57,835 nucleotides of DNA, filler included, from Sphacelaria rigidula (GCA_964200075.2; 4 parts of 4 records of this genome joined end to end with filler, not necessarily neighbours in it); one strand, 5' to 3'; counted from the whole stretch's first letter, positions 22,401-34,200 are shown. Notes: generated by a model from the letters alone, not told the origin. Program-made: numbers and translations.

Positions 22401-25400
22401 ACGAATTCTGCGCACGCAGGAAAGCACACGGGATTGTCACCCGCGCCAAAGATCCGAATCTCAGTGTTCAAACTCAAATCACGTAATATCAACCATGAAT
22501 AGGAAGAATGCCCCCCCCCCCCGCACGCCACACCCCCGCCCCCCCCCACCCGCAACCCCATCAATGGTCAAACGACTAAGGCAAGCAACGAAAGATAACC
22601 TCCCCTGCCCCCCCAACCAAGACAAGGTCACTGGTCTCATGACTATGGCATGCATGGATGATCATGAGTACACCCCCCTAACCAAGACAAATTCCACTGC
22701 AGCCAACAGCACACACATAGACACAGCCAGATCCAAACACAAAACACATAGACGGCGCTCACCTTCTCTATCCTCCCGACTCGAACCTCAATCCGAGCAA
22801 AGCTGTCGCTGGCCTCTACCGCTGCCCCCGATCCCCCACCCTTTCCCTTTCCCTTTCCCTTCCCCTTCCCGCTGGCCGCACCTCCCCCTGCCCCAGAAGG
22901 CTGGGCTGCGGATGACGACGTTGGCGTTTGTGATTGCTCCCCCGTTTCCTTCGAGGCCTCGGTTTCTTGAGGCAGGTCCAGCTTATTAAACAGGATGGAG
23001 CCGACAGAGAGCGTTGTCCCCTGAGGAATGTTGGTGAAGTCTGTCTTCAAAGAGCCGATTGGTACTGGAGGAAGACCTGCATTTTTTTTTCCGATTTTTT
23101 TTTCATTTCCAGAGACGACGGAGGGAAAGACACATGCACGGGAGGGGGAAAGGGGAGGGTGTTGTTTGGTAATAGGGCTTGATATTGATGAAACAGGAGG
23201 TCACCGCTCCGACTTTCTACACAGGGACAAGAAAAAAATGAGAAAAAAAAACACACATGACAAGAAAAAAAAAAACGAACGGAAAAATCTCCTCAAGTTT
23301 TGAGCTAACTAGGTAACAAAAATGATCTTGCATCAGTGGGACGGACGGACGACCAGCAGCAACATGGGCACGTGCACAGCTGAAAATCTAACGAAGCAAA
23401 TCTTATGCGGGAGAATGTTGGTGATGATTCAGGATCCCCCCCCCCCCATGCGTGGTCAATGGCCTTATGAGTATGGCATGCATGACCATGGGTACACCCC
23501 CCCCTCTACGCATCTAGAAGATATTTACATGTGTGACAGATGTGAAAATGGGGATGCCAAAAAACTATTCTCCCATCCACCACTTCTCATGTACTAGATT
23601 TCACCTCTTTTCTTTCAGCCAAACTTTGAACCCCCCACCCCTTTTTCCTTGTTCGCGACGAGCATTTTCCTCCCCAGGTACAGTAAACACCTTCCATTCC
23701 TGTTACCCTTGAATGGATCAGCTTTGCCGCTCGACGTCGACTCTGGTCAAACAGACTATTTTTTGCTGGTGACGCCCTCAAGGTTTCGACGACGTAAATC
23801 TGATTCTTTGAGGTGTGTTACCACTTGGTCGATGAAGAAATCTGTCGGAAACGTATTATTTCGAACTAACGCTAACCTGCCCCCAACCCAAGGCATACCG
23901 AGAACTCTCGGGCGAGGCGGGTGCGAAGCGTTCCCTAGGCAAAGTGTGGTGTTGGCAGACCTGAAATCGGCGCCGATTTTGACGTGAACGTGTTTTGCGT
24001 TCCGCGCAGACTAGGGACAGTTGGGCTTGTCAGTCCCACTGAAGATCCGAATATCGGTGTTTACATTGAAAGCAAGTAATAAAACTTCGGGAAGGTTCTA
24101 ATCGACCAAGTGGTGAAGAACGCTACTGGATTCTTTGAAGAAAAAACTTGACCGAAGGTTTGTTCTTTACTCTTCTTTTTCTTCAAACTAATGTATTTCT
24201 TCTTCGTCTACTATTATACTCTGTTTGCCTATTTTACCTGTTTTCTTCACATTTTTTTAGCGAGTGTTTCCATTTTTTTTTCAAATCTCGGGTACGCACG
24301 TACGCCCATCATGTGGATGATGACCGCGACTGGGTCATGACCACCTGTGGAATCAGTCAAGGTGCGACAATAAAAACAAAAAAACACACGTGGCGTGACT
24401 TCAACCGGCACACTTTCCACCCTCCGAGCGGTGTCAGTTCAACCAATATAATTTAGATGCTACGGCAGGGGTTGCACTTTTTTCAGCGAAGATATGTCTC
24501 GGGGTGTTGGACGGGTCAGTTTCAGAATCAGCATAATTTCTACTTTGAAAAAACTGAAAAATGATGCCGATTCACGAAAAGGCCCCCGGGTGTATCTCCA
24601 TGTCCGGTCCCCGGAGATTTGGGTTGCACAGTAAGCCTCATATATTTGGGCTCCTACAAAAAAGAGACACAGAAACAAAAAGTGCAACCCCTACTCGTAT
24701 CGTAGCATTGCTCAACGCTGTCATTATTTTTCACTCAATTCGCTCGCCACCTCTTTCGAGATTTCCTTGCGGGTCATGCAACGACAACGGGGGACGGGGG
24801 AGGGGACGGGCGTTTCATTCCAGGAGAAAAGGGCTCATGAGTATGTCAGACCACCTACACACTCGCGGTGCGCTTGTATTTGGGTAAAAAAACATGTCAA
24901 GCAGTATGATTTAATTTCAATTTGATTTTGATTTGATTGTCGCACTTCAACTGACCCCCCCCCAGGGGTCATGATCCACCCGTGGTCACATGATGGACGT
25001 ACCCCAAAAAAGCAAAACTAAAACTTTCGCTGAAGAAAAAAAAAAAAGAAAAATGAGTAGAACAGAAAGTATGAATGGCCGTTACTTATCGGTACCAAAA
25101 AGTGCGTTCGAACGAACAACTGTTGCCGCTTTTCAACGAGGATTTGAAGCGGGATTTCGTGGAAGAATTGGCCGAAAGAACCCCCCCCCCTCCTCCCCAA
25201 TCGTATCATGACTACTAGATTTCTCGGTGATCAGCTGATGTGCCACCATCAGTTTCGATTTTGATATGATTGATGGTCACACTCTCACTGAACCCCCAGG
25301 GATCCAGCCGTGGTCATCATCTACATGATAGACATACACGAGACAACACAACATTGAAACGCTCGCTGAAGAAGAAGGAAGAATCACAGGAAAGGTAAAA

Positions 25401-27972
25401 TAGAACAAAAGAGTAGACTAGTAAGGGGGGAAGCAAAAAAAAAAAAAACAGTGAAATAATAAAATATATATATATATATGTTTAACGTGCCCACTGAGGT
25501 GCCACGCGCGGATGTCAACCATTATTGATTCCTTCCCGACATTTGATGGATCTTCCAAGGGCATGCCAATTAGGGTATACCCACATTTTGGTATCTCGAA
25601 ATGTCGCACATCAGCCAGGTACAGTCAGTCACAATAACTTGTATGGGCTTTCATTCGAGAGAGAAACGACAGCACTTGGCTGGCTGGCTGCTGTGGCCGT
25701 GGGTCAGATTTCCATTTCCACCTCTTCGATACACCACAAAACCGGGTACTTTATACCCTACCCGATACGCCCTTGTATTGTTCATCCAATAACGTTTTGG
25801 TGAGATCGGCAGACAGTTTCTACGATAGCCCTCCCGAAAAAGTGGCTGGTTTGGGCATGCAAAATCTATATGTTAACCGACATAGAAGAAGTCGGGCACA
25901 ACGGGAAGCTGGGAATTCTCTCGCTTGGGTTCGTTTCCGCCAATCTCGCCCGTGCGAGCCGCTTCATGCAGCCTGGAACCAAACATCAGGCGCTGTATGA
26001 TCCTCTTCCTTCGCGACAGTTTTGGGCCGTTTGTTTGTTTGTTTTGGGAGGGGGAGCTATCGTAGAAACTGTCGGCAGTGAGTTATATTGTTCGCTCGAA
26101 CTGAACCACTTTTTCATTTCGCGTGTGCACTTTATTTGCCTGTAACAGCACTGTCGGTGCTTACTTCCGGCTAAACGTCAACGTTCTACTCAGGGATAGC
26201 AAAGTCTTCAGCGGCACGCTACTACGAGCTGGGCCAGCCGAGAAGCGAATTTGTAGTTTGCAGGCTCTTTCACCGGCCAATGTTTGGGACAGGGTCCAAC
26301 TCTAAATATTGGCCGGTGAAAGGGACGTTTAGTGACGGGGTCGAAAGAAATTCGGATTAGTATTCTGCGGGCCACTTACCGGTCCACGGTTGGTGTTTGT
26401 ATTTTGAAACTCTGTGTGGGCCGTGGCTATGGCATAATTGACAAAACGAAGTGGGTCAGGTTGATCTTTTTTTCATTTTTTTCCACTGGTTTAGGGCGTT
26501 TAGTATGGAAACGACCATTTTTCTTTTAACGAAAACACCCGAACCTGTCCCAAACAAACAAAAGTTGGGGGCCCATTTTTTTTTTTTTGTGTTTGGGGGA
26601 CATGTTTCGGGGTGCGCCATGTGCAATTTTATATGACATTTTCAAAAATTTGAATCGTGATGTAAGATGAGGCCCAAGAGCAGCGTTCATTTCCCCTCAA
26701 AACTGCCCTCAAAACTGCCCAAAAAATGAAAAAAACGAAAAAGCTGTTGATTTTAGCTTTATGATGCACCATCGGTTCTCCATACGACATTCCGTAACAT
26801 AACTCTCAAAAACTGAGACGCGATATCTAGATTTACTTCATCTAGTGCCTCTGCTCGTAATATATTGATTCTAGTATGGAACCTCACGTGCGCCATATCT
26901 CGAGATAGATAACGAATCGGGTGAAGGTGAGGGTATCTGTCGTCTCCCCGTGCTCCAGGGAATGTCCACACCAAAAATCGTCGTAACCCGCTGAATGTAT
27001 CGATCGGGGGTTTCATATAAATTTTAATGTCGATGCTATCTCCGTTATGTGTACTGTAGGAATTACTAGACACGGGGTTTAATCAACGAGGAAATATTGG
27101 CCCAAACTTTTGAGCAGACGGGCACCTTCTCCTTGATTAGACGATTATGACGATATGCGGATCACGGCCCAGCTCGTCTATGTCGATGAGATATTGCTTT
27201 CAGACCTTAAATCCGTTTCTAGGCTGGCCCAGCTCGTACAGGGAAAGCGTATCGAACCTCATATAAGGCCTAGAGGGGCATTTCGGAACTGAAACCATTT
27301 CGTTCATTAGCTAACCGCTCCTCACACCCAGTCATATCCTAGGCTCTTAATGTCACCAAAACACCGGAGTATTTACCACTTGGTCGACTAGAAGCTTCCT
27401 GGAGTATTTTCACCTGATTTGAGTCTGAACACCCATATTCGGATCTTCAGCGGGGCTGACAGCCCCAACTGTCTCTCGCATGCGCAGAATCCGTTTTCGT
27501 CGAAATCAGCGCCTGCGGTGCCGTTTTGAGGTCTGCCAACACCACACTTTGCCTGGAGAACGCTTCTTACCCCCCTCGTCCGAGGCTTCTCGGTGTGCCT
27601 TGGGTTAGGGTTAGGGTTAGGGTTAGGGTTATTAAAAAAAAAATGTTTCCGAGAAATTTCGTCATCGACCGAGTGGTGAACACACACCTCCAAAAAACGT
27701 TGGTATCCGGGCTTCAAAACGCCATACGGACGAATCTTCCCCTAAATGAACGGCAAACACATCATCTCACCAATTTTTTCAAATATGCGCGTGCAAGCCG
27801 TGGGTATGAAGGGCACCAGGAAGTGCGCCACGGAGTAGACTGCGTCGAGACACACCCTTACCACCTCCAGCCTGAAGGGCGCGTGTTCATCCCCCTTCTT
27901 ATGCCAGGGTTCTGACTCTTGCAGAAACCTGTTCGTTTCTCGGAGAGCCGCGATGGCTGTGGCACACGCATC
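16449..27972 (-). CDS. MetRS: Methionyl-tRNA synthetase, 3' five exons: anticodon-binding domain, linker, EMAP II-like OB-fold tRNA-binding domain; 5' exons absent from the contig
   Basis: Exons 27972-27771, 23076-22763, 21905-21690, 21223-21128, 16592-16449 (stop TAA); all GT-AG and phase-consistent. Motifs: ETNRFLQESEPW..LVPFIP (MetRS anticodon domain), ILFNKL, IEVRVGRIEKVWNH..LYCEEIDVGEETPRQIASGL, VCNLKPAKLAGFVSNGMVL, VELVRPP..VGER, ending GATIS. Confidence 0.9.
17101..17135 (+). repeat. (CAG)n microsatellite in a MetRS intron
   Basis: CAGCAGCAGCAGCAGCAGCAGCGGCAGTAGCAGCA. Confidence 0.85.
17730..18755. repeat. TTAGGG-associated repeat cluster with inverted arms of about 250 bp (about 17880-18128 and 18492-18752)
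   Basis: The arms are reverse complements (for example AAGTCCCACGCGATTAAAATAAA / TTTATTTTAATCGCGTGGGACTT). GGGTTAGGGTTAG at 17869 and CTAACCCTAACCCT at 18471. Confidence 0.8.
18756..18854. mobile_element. 99-bp piggyBac-like MITE
   Basis: Perfect 14-bp TIR CCCTTAGACCGCGA / TCGCGGTCTAAGGG; flanks TAAA and TTAA. Empty-site paralogue ACATCGTTAAGGGCACGTACAAATT at 18151-18175. Confidence 0.8.
20672..20850. repeat. Long hairpin (82-bp arms, 15-nt loop); probable foldback MITE
   Basis: 20672-20753 is a gap-free imperfect reverse complement of 20769-20850. The TTCGATCGAAAA-like motif also occurs near 19532, 20157 and 20300. Confidence 0.85.
23817..24118. mobile_element. TTAGGG-family dispersed element with short inverted repeats
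   Basis: ACCACTTGGTCGA..TCGACCAAGTGGT flank a body that is the reverse complement of 27373-27680. The telomere-like tract has decayed (CTAACGCTAACC). A third copy lies at about 22262-22482. Confidence 0.7.
26225..27236. mobile_element. Non-autonomous Tc1/mariner-type element, 1012 bp
   Basis: 28-bp TIR CGAGCTGGGCCAGCCGAGAAGCGAATTT / AAATCCGTTTCTAGGCTGGCCCAGCTCG (3 mismatches); TA on both sides. The flanks rejoin into the repeat seen uninterrupted at about 15115-15300 (reverse complement). Confidence 0.85.
27373..27680. mobile_element. Dispersed element containing an interstitial (TTAGGG)4 tract at about 27602-27630
   Basis: Inverted ACCACTTGGTCGA / TCGACCGAGTGGT. Body homologous to 17730-17881, 22262-22482 (rc) and 23864-24075 (rc). 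Confidence 0.75.
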
Positions 27973-28053
27973 CTGCACCATAAAAAGAAGAGAAAGAAAA
28001 AACAACGAAGGAGATTTGGGGAGGAGAAGGGAAGGGGGGGGGGGGGGTCATTT

Positions 28054-28396
28054 TAGCGTTGGATATGGAACCATGTAGCACTTCGATACGATATCGGCTT
28101 TTTCAGCGTTCGATAACGATAAATTTCGATCAATTCAGGCGAAGCCGAACCGCGGCGAGCGCAGCGAGTCCGCTCGCTGTGCGAGCTCCCAAGGCCCCCC
28201 CGCTTTCCCCTCCTCGGCTCGTGAGGGAGGGGGCTTCGCGGGAGGCGCCGCCGGAGGCAATAAAATTGGGATACATGACTTTATATCCCATCAGAATCGG
28301 CCTAATCAAGGTCTCCCAGCCTAGGAGAACACGTGTCCAGATTCGACAGAACGCTTTTGTTTTATCGAAATATTTTTGATACGATATCCAACACTA
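28054..28396. mobile_element. hAT-like MITE with CGATA-rich subterminal repeats
   Basis: TIR TAGCGTTGGATAT / ATATCCAACACTA. Degenerate 8-bp flanks GGTCATTT / ACTCATTA. Sits at the tail of a poly(C)-type element. Confidence 0.6.
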
Positions 28397-28599
28397 ACTC
28401 ATTATCTTGCATGCCGTAGTCATCGCACACTTGACCCCAGAGACGGAGGGGGGGGGGGGGGGGGGGGGTCTTAGTGTCGTTCTTTGTCGAAGGTTGGGGC
28501 CGTTCGCTAATAAACCCTATATAGTGAAGGGNNNNNNNNNNCAACCACAAGAACAACTCCTCATTATCTAGATGCCACGCGGAGACTCCCCGCGGGGGG

Positions 28600-28609
<10 letters not shown>

Positions 28610-28630
<21 letters not shown>

Positions 28631-28780
28631 TGCTTCCTGATTCGTTGCTTGCCGTAGTCGTGTGCCGTTGACCACACATCCCTTTCGAGACGGAGCACCG
28701 TTTCTACTCCCAATAGAGACACCTCCAACAAGTGGGCTCTCATTTCGTTTCTTCCATGAAAAGCATTAAAAAAAACTTCC
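28610..28780 (-). mobile_element. Poly(C)-tailed LINE-like 3' end, type A, longer copy
   Basis: Reverse complement reads KKRNESPLVGGVSIGSRNGAPSRKGCVVNG, then a C-run; homologous to 7460-7600. Confidence 0.7.
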
Positions 28781-28873
28781 ACACATGGGAGGCGGGGGGG
28801 GGGGGGGGGGGGGGGGTTTTTTTTGTGTTTGTTTGTGGGTGTGGGGGGGTGGGACGCGCACACTGTGGAGAAG

Positions 28874-28973
28874 NNNNNNNNNNNNNNNNNNNNNNNNNNN
28901 NNNNNNNNNNNNNNNNNTTAATTAATTAANNNNNNNNNNNNNNNNNNNNNNNNNNNNNNNNNNNNNNNNNNNN
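28874..28973. other. Artificial contig spacer
   Basis: 44 N + TTAATTAATTAA + 44 N. Confidence 0.98.
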
Positions 28974-29306
28974 TCAATAACCGAAATGTTGGGGTCCTAC
29001 AGGAAAATCCAATTTTGGGGTATTTCGGCGATCCGATCGGGCATATGTCCGCTAATATTACTTCGAGGTGCAGTGAACATGTGTTGTATCATAAATCATA
29101 GCTCTGTACCATTAAAAACCATATTCATCATGCAATTGGCAACTGGCAAATAAATGGGGTGTGGTGTTTGGCAGTTCCGCACGAAGCGTTCCACCGTATA
29201 CAAGCCACAACTTCTTTTCCTCTCTTCATTTTCCTCATTCGGCCAACTACTCGTCGACCTACACACTACGGCCGAAAAAAAAGTGAAACTACAATGCCAC
29301 AAGGTA

Positions 29307-29833
29307 CTGTGACGGTTTAAGAGACAACCACTAGACTACTGACAAGTCAGCGCTGACTTGTCAGTATCTAGTTGGTTGTCTCTTAAACCGTCACAAAACT
29401 TAGTCGTGGGGGTTCAATCCCCGTCACCTTCACTCCGAGGAGGGCGACTCCCCTTTCCAGCGCTCTATCGACTGCAGTCAGGATCTCTAGTGTTGCCACT
29501 TCGACCGTATCCTAGAGTTACTCGTCTCCCTCACTCATTCCAAGAGTGTGTGCACTGGGTCCCTAGCAGTACACTCCAAATGTAGCCACCAGGCTATACC
29601 CCACCCTTTTTTTTTGGGCCAATTTTTTACCGAGGTTTCTCTCTTTGGGGCCAATTTTTTATCAGAGGTTTTCTCTCCTCTTTTTTCTTCAAAGAAATGC
29701 GTCCGACGGAAATCGAACCAGAGCGACTTACTTTTATGACGGTTTAAGAGACAACCAACTAGACTGACCAATCAGCGACCAGTCAGCGCTGACTTGTCAG
29801 TAATCTAGTTGGTTGTCTCTTAAACCGTCACAG
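29307..29833. mobile_element. TA-flanked non-autonomous DNA element whose two ends are each palindromes of about 90 bp
   Basis: Terminal CTGTGACGGTTTAAGAGACAACCA / TGGTTGTCTCTTAAACCGTCACAG; TA at 29305-06 and 29834-35. Internal inverted copies of the TIR end near 29395 and begin near 29738. Confidence 0.85.
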
Positions 29834-31280
29834 TACCAACGAACGGCGAGCAGTCAGCTGTGGCATTACTACAGGTGGAAAAAAGTTTGGCAGAATCGGC
29901 AAATTAATGGGGACCAGAAGGTGATCCCCATGGAAAGTAGAGATGAATATTCAACCGTGCGGTTTTGGATCACTTCAGGGTACACACCAGCTAGCTCTGG
30001 TCGAGTGCAGGTATCTTTTGAGCTGTGCTGAGCACCATTTCGCGCCCCCATGTTGTTGGACTGCTAAATGTATGGTGGGTGGAGGAGGAACAGCAACACC
30101 ATCCAGAAGCATTCTTTCGGCAAAAACGACGGAATAAATTGAGTGATGCGTACAGTAGTACCGCGGCTTCCGCACCTTCAAAAACATCGCTGACCACTGC
30201 GCACGACATTATCAATGTGGCATGAAGCACTCAAGGCATGGCCTTTTCCGGTCGCTGGTCCTATTTTTATTCGAAGTCATCTTTTATGTCATCGGGTAGC
30301 TGTCAACCGCCTCGTGGGCGCTAGATGCCACAGATCTACTCTGCCTACCAGTCGCTCGGCGACTCGAAGTGTCTCAGGCACAACAACTGGTGTTCTATGG
30401 GTAGTAAGGCGATCTAACACGTAGTACGAAGTACATGCAGTCCAAATGGTACACACGAGTCAGGATGTGGCGACAACGTAATATACGGCATATTATCACT
30501 GGGGGCGGCGCTCGAAGCAGGAATGAGCACTTGACCTTTAGATGGAGTCGGGATCACCGGGTCAGCCAGTGGTCCTAATGAGCAAAAATGACAACAAATA
30601 ACCAATATTTTATCACTTTTGACACGCCGCACAACCGATCTCGGCAGCTCTCTGCGGTATGTGTTGTGGAGGTCAGCGGTGATCGCCTGGAGTGCGCCTC
30701 TACAAGACCGAAGCCCCGATCAGGCATTCCAATCGAGTATTGCGACGATGATTTGTTCCATTTCCAACGCGCCTACCACTCGTATGGCCGGAGATTGACA
30801 CAACATGACAAAACCTAGTCGAAACGCGGAGTTGCCGGCCAACGCCTTGTGTCGGTGTTCACATCTCGACAACAATATCGACAGTGAATAAACCTTTGTT
30901 GCACATTCACTGCTCCGGTACGAATCCAGTCGTGGCCACAAAATAGATGTGCAGTATACGGAAGCATTCGCCGAAGAATACTCGAGAAAGGGAAAGGGTG
31001 AAAAAGAAGGGGGAGAACGAACGATCGCACGTAGTAGATTGAAAACGAGACGTGGAAAAGGAAAGAAAAGGGGAGAGAAGGAAGGGGAAGGAAAGGGGAG
31101 GAGAGGACGAAGACGAGAAAAACGCCAGGTTGAGATCTACTACCAGCCCGCCGTGTAATCCTCAAAATCGAGTCCATCGCTCCCTCCCTCTCCAGGCGCC
31201 TTTGCTTGATACCTACTTTGCCTGACCCGTGACTCCTGGGGATTGCCAGTCAGTCGCTCCAGTGATAAAATCTCTCCAAG

Positions 31281-34200
31281 AATATGCGCGATTATGACGC
31301 GGACGGGGAACCCGGCGTCCCTGGTACTGACATTGACCACGACGGCCGGCCGTATTTCTTCCCGAGTAACCGACCTCGGGCCGCAGATCTCTTCCCCTTG
31401 CAAAGGGACGGCCTCGTCACGAGATGGCAGTATTCGGGCCACATAAACTCTGACACTGCGGTTGACCGGAGCATGTCCGCTTCGGCGGGAGAAGATTCAC
31501 AGGGAAGGATTCGCGTGGTGACGACGGACGGTCGCAGCATCCACAGTTGGCTGGAATTATCTGGCAAAGAGGTCGACACCGTGAAAGCGACTATGGATGG
31601 CCAAAGTGTGACCGGGATGACGATTGTGACACCATTAGGCGTGTTGGCCGTCGCAATGGTGAGTCATGCGGTCATCGCACATGACGTGATTCGGCGCACT
31701 CGGTTGTTAGGCTTGGCTGCCCGCTTTGGGGCGGGATAACGTGTTCAGGTGTCTGTGGTGAATACATTGCCAGAGTAGTACACTCGTCCAAATACCTATT
31801 TGCTACTGGGTGCATTCCATCTTTGACCATTTCAAGGCAAGAAAGAGGGGACCAACTCCATTGCTGAGGGGTCGCCTTTAAATAAAACAACTCCCAGAGT
31901 CTGGACACACCGTGCTCATGACACGTCTTAAACTACGATCGTGTCATCCAGTTCTCCTGAAGCTACTTTGCAGACAGCAAGTACACTATTCAACCGAACT
32001 TCGTCTCCTCTGTTCCTGCCGTCATTTGTGTCTCTCTGCCGTTACTACAGCAGGGTACCAATCTCGCCGTCTTCGATAGTACAACGCTCAAGCATCTCGC
32101 AACGCTTTCGACGACAAATGCGGCGTGCCTGCACGTGGCCTATAACCATGCGCGCGACGAAATCATATCAGGGGGTTCAAATGGCTGCCTCGTGTGGCGT
32201 CTATCTTCAACGCTGTCCGCAAGGACAAGCGCATCATCGGGTATGAGATATATGTTGAACGATGACTGTTGCGTCGCGTTTGAGGACACGAGGGAAGGAC
32301 ATATTAGCAGCCGCAGTGTTCTAGCTACTGTTGTTTCTCGGGAGCCTTGCATTATCGTCCAACCTTCATTTGGGATGTGGATATGAGTAATGCTACGGTA
32401 GGGGTTGCACATTTGGGACACGATCTTTCTCACCCAGGGGCTCCTCAAGTTTGGAGCTACACAAGAATATGGGTCAGGACATTCACGTTTTCAAATTTAT
32501 TCGGGGTACGAGTAGCTCTTCAAATCATTTTGAGATATATATGACTAGCCCATATTGCAATGTTAAGTGTGGCGTGCTCTCACACATTTCATGAGTCGTA
32601 ATTTTGATGGGTTAGAGGGCTCCAAACAATGCTAACATCAGAAAATATATGTCCACCCCTACCGTAGCACCACTCATATCTCAGATGGAGGTCAACCTGC
32701 GATATCAATCGGGGATATCAGATTCATCTGGGATATCCATCCAGAATAAGGATATCCATTAGGGATATGGGCGTTCATTCGGGATATCTATATCTCAGAT
32801 GGACGTCTAAGTGGGATGTGGATGTCCATCTGGGATGTCCATCTGGGATGTCCATCTGAATGTGGATATCCCACATGGATCTGAATATTCCAGATGAACA
32901 TTCCAGACGGGCATTCATATCCCAGATGAAAGTTGCGCGATCATGCAGCACGGTGTGTTTATTCTCTCCCTCGCCTCGTGTCACCCCAGTCAGATTATTT
33001 TGCTTTCCATCATCACCCAACACACGGAGGGGTAGTTCTCATTTACAAAGTTCCACACAGCGGTACATTGTTAAATGTTCCAGAAAATTGACACAATACG
33101 CCGTATAACGGCAGAATCTCGATCTACTACTTCTCGCTTGATCAGATTTCCTCTATACCCCCTCCGCCCCCTCAAAGGTCAATGGTCGACGCCCCCTCGT
33201 TGCTTCGCCATGCGCATGAGAAACAGCGGGACCCTTCCAACTGACGCTGCTACGGGGATTCACTGGATGGTCGGAGTGGACAAGCAAGATGAACTTCGAC
33301 GAACACAGTCAGGTGCTACTGGCAATGAACGGCAGCAGGCTCAAGGCATTCGACGCTCGTAACGGAAAACTTCGGTATTGTATTGACAGCGAACACGCAG
33401 GCGCCCTCATAACTTCAGGCCTATGGTTTGACGAGAGCGAGTTCATCCTGACAGGTGGTGGGAATGGAATAGTAAAGATCTGGGCGTGTCAGCATACAGC
33501 TGCTAAATCGCATCAAGTCCGCCGCAACTGCGCCATTAGCAGGACGCGCAACCGCAACCGATCTATTGCAAGTCGAAGCTCAAGAAGAAGCGCGTTCAAG
33601 ACCCGTAACAATAAACAAAGACCACGGAAATGCGGGATCAGAAATGCGCTGCAGACTCCAGCACTCTTTGCACAATTTCACGGGCATTCAGGGGCCATCA
33701 CGGGTCTCGTCCGACACGGCAGAGTCGGCTCATTTATCGTCAGCGCGGGTGTTGACAAGACCCTCAGGCTATGGGATGTGAATCGGTTGTGTGCCGTCGT
33801 TACCGTGCCCGTGGCATCACCAGTAGCGTCTCTCATGGCGTATGATTCTTTGGGCGCTCATCGCGTCAAGCTTGTGTGCGCGGGCAACGAAGGGACATTT
33901 AGCGTGATGGTGCTTGAAACGATCTGCGAATTCCTAGGTGATGCCGTGCACGGGGCGGGGAGGCTCCGCTACTACCCCCCGCTGGAAGAAGACACAGCAC
34001 AGAGGGGCAGGTTCGGCTGTGCCCTTTCTTCAAACATCGGGCGTTTAACCGACGGGCAGTGGTAGATACCGTCACAGACACGCAATGCGTAATTTAAGAT
34101 GCACATGTACATTCATGGATACGCAAATAGATACATACATACAAAGATGTGTAAGTCACCACTGAGTTGTAGTGAGGAGAGAATTTGTTGAGTTAGAGTG

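Noticed and set aside
27602-27630. True telomere
   Set aside because: Only about four units, intronic, and embedded in a dispersed repeat.
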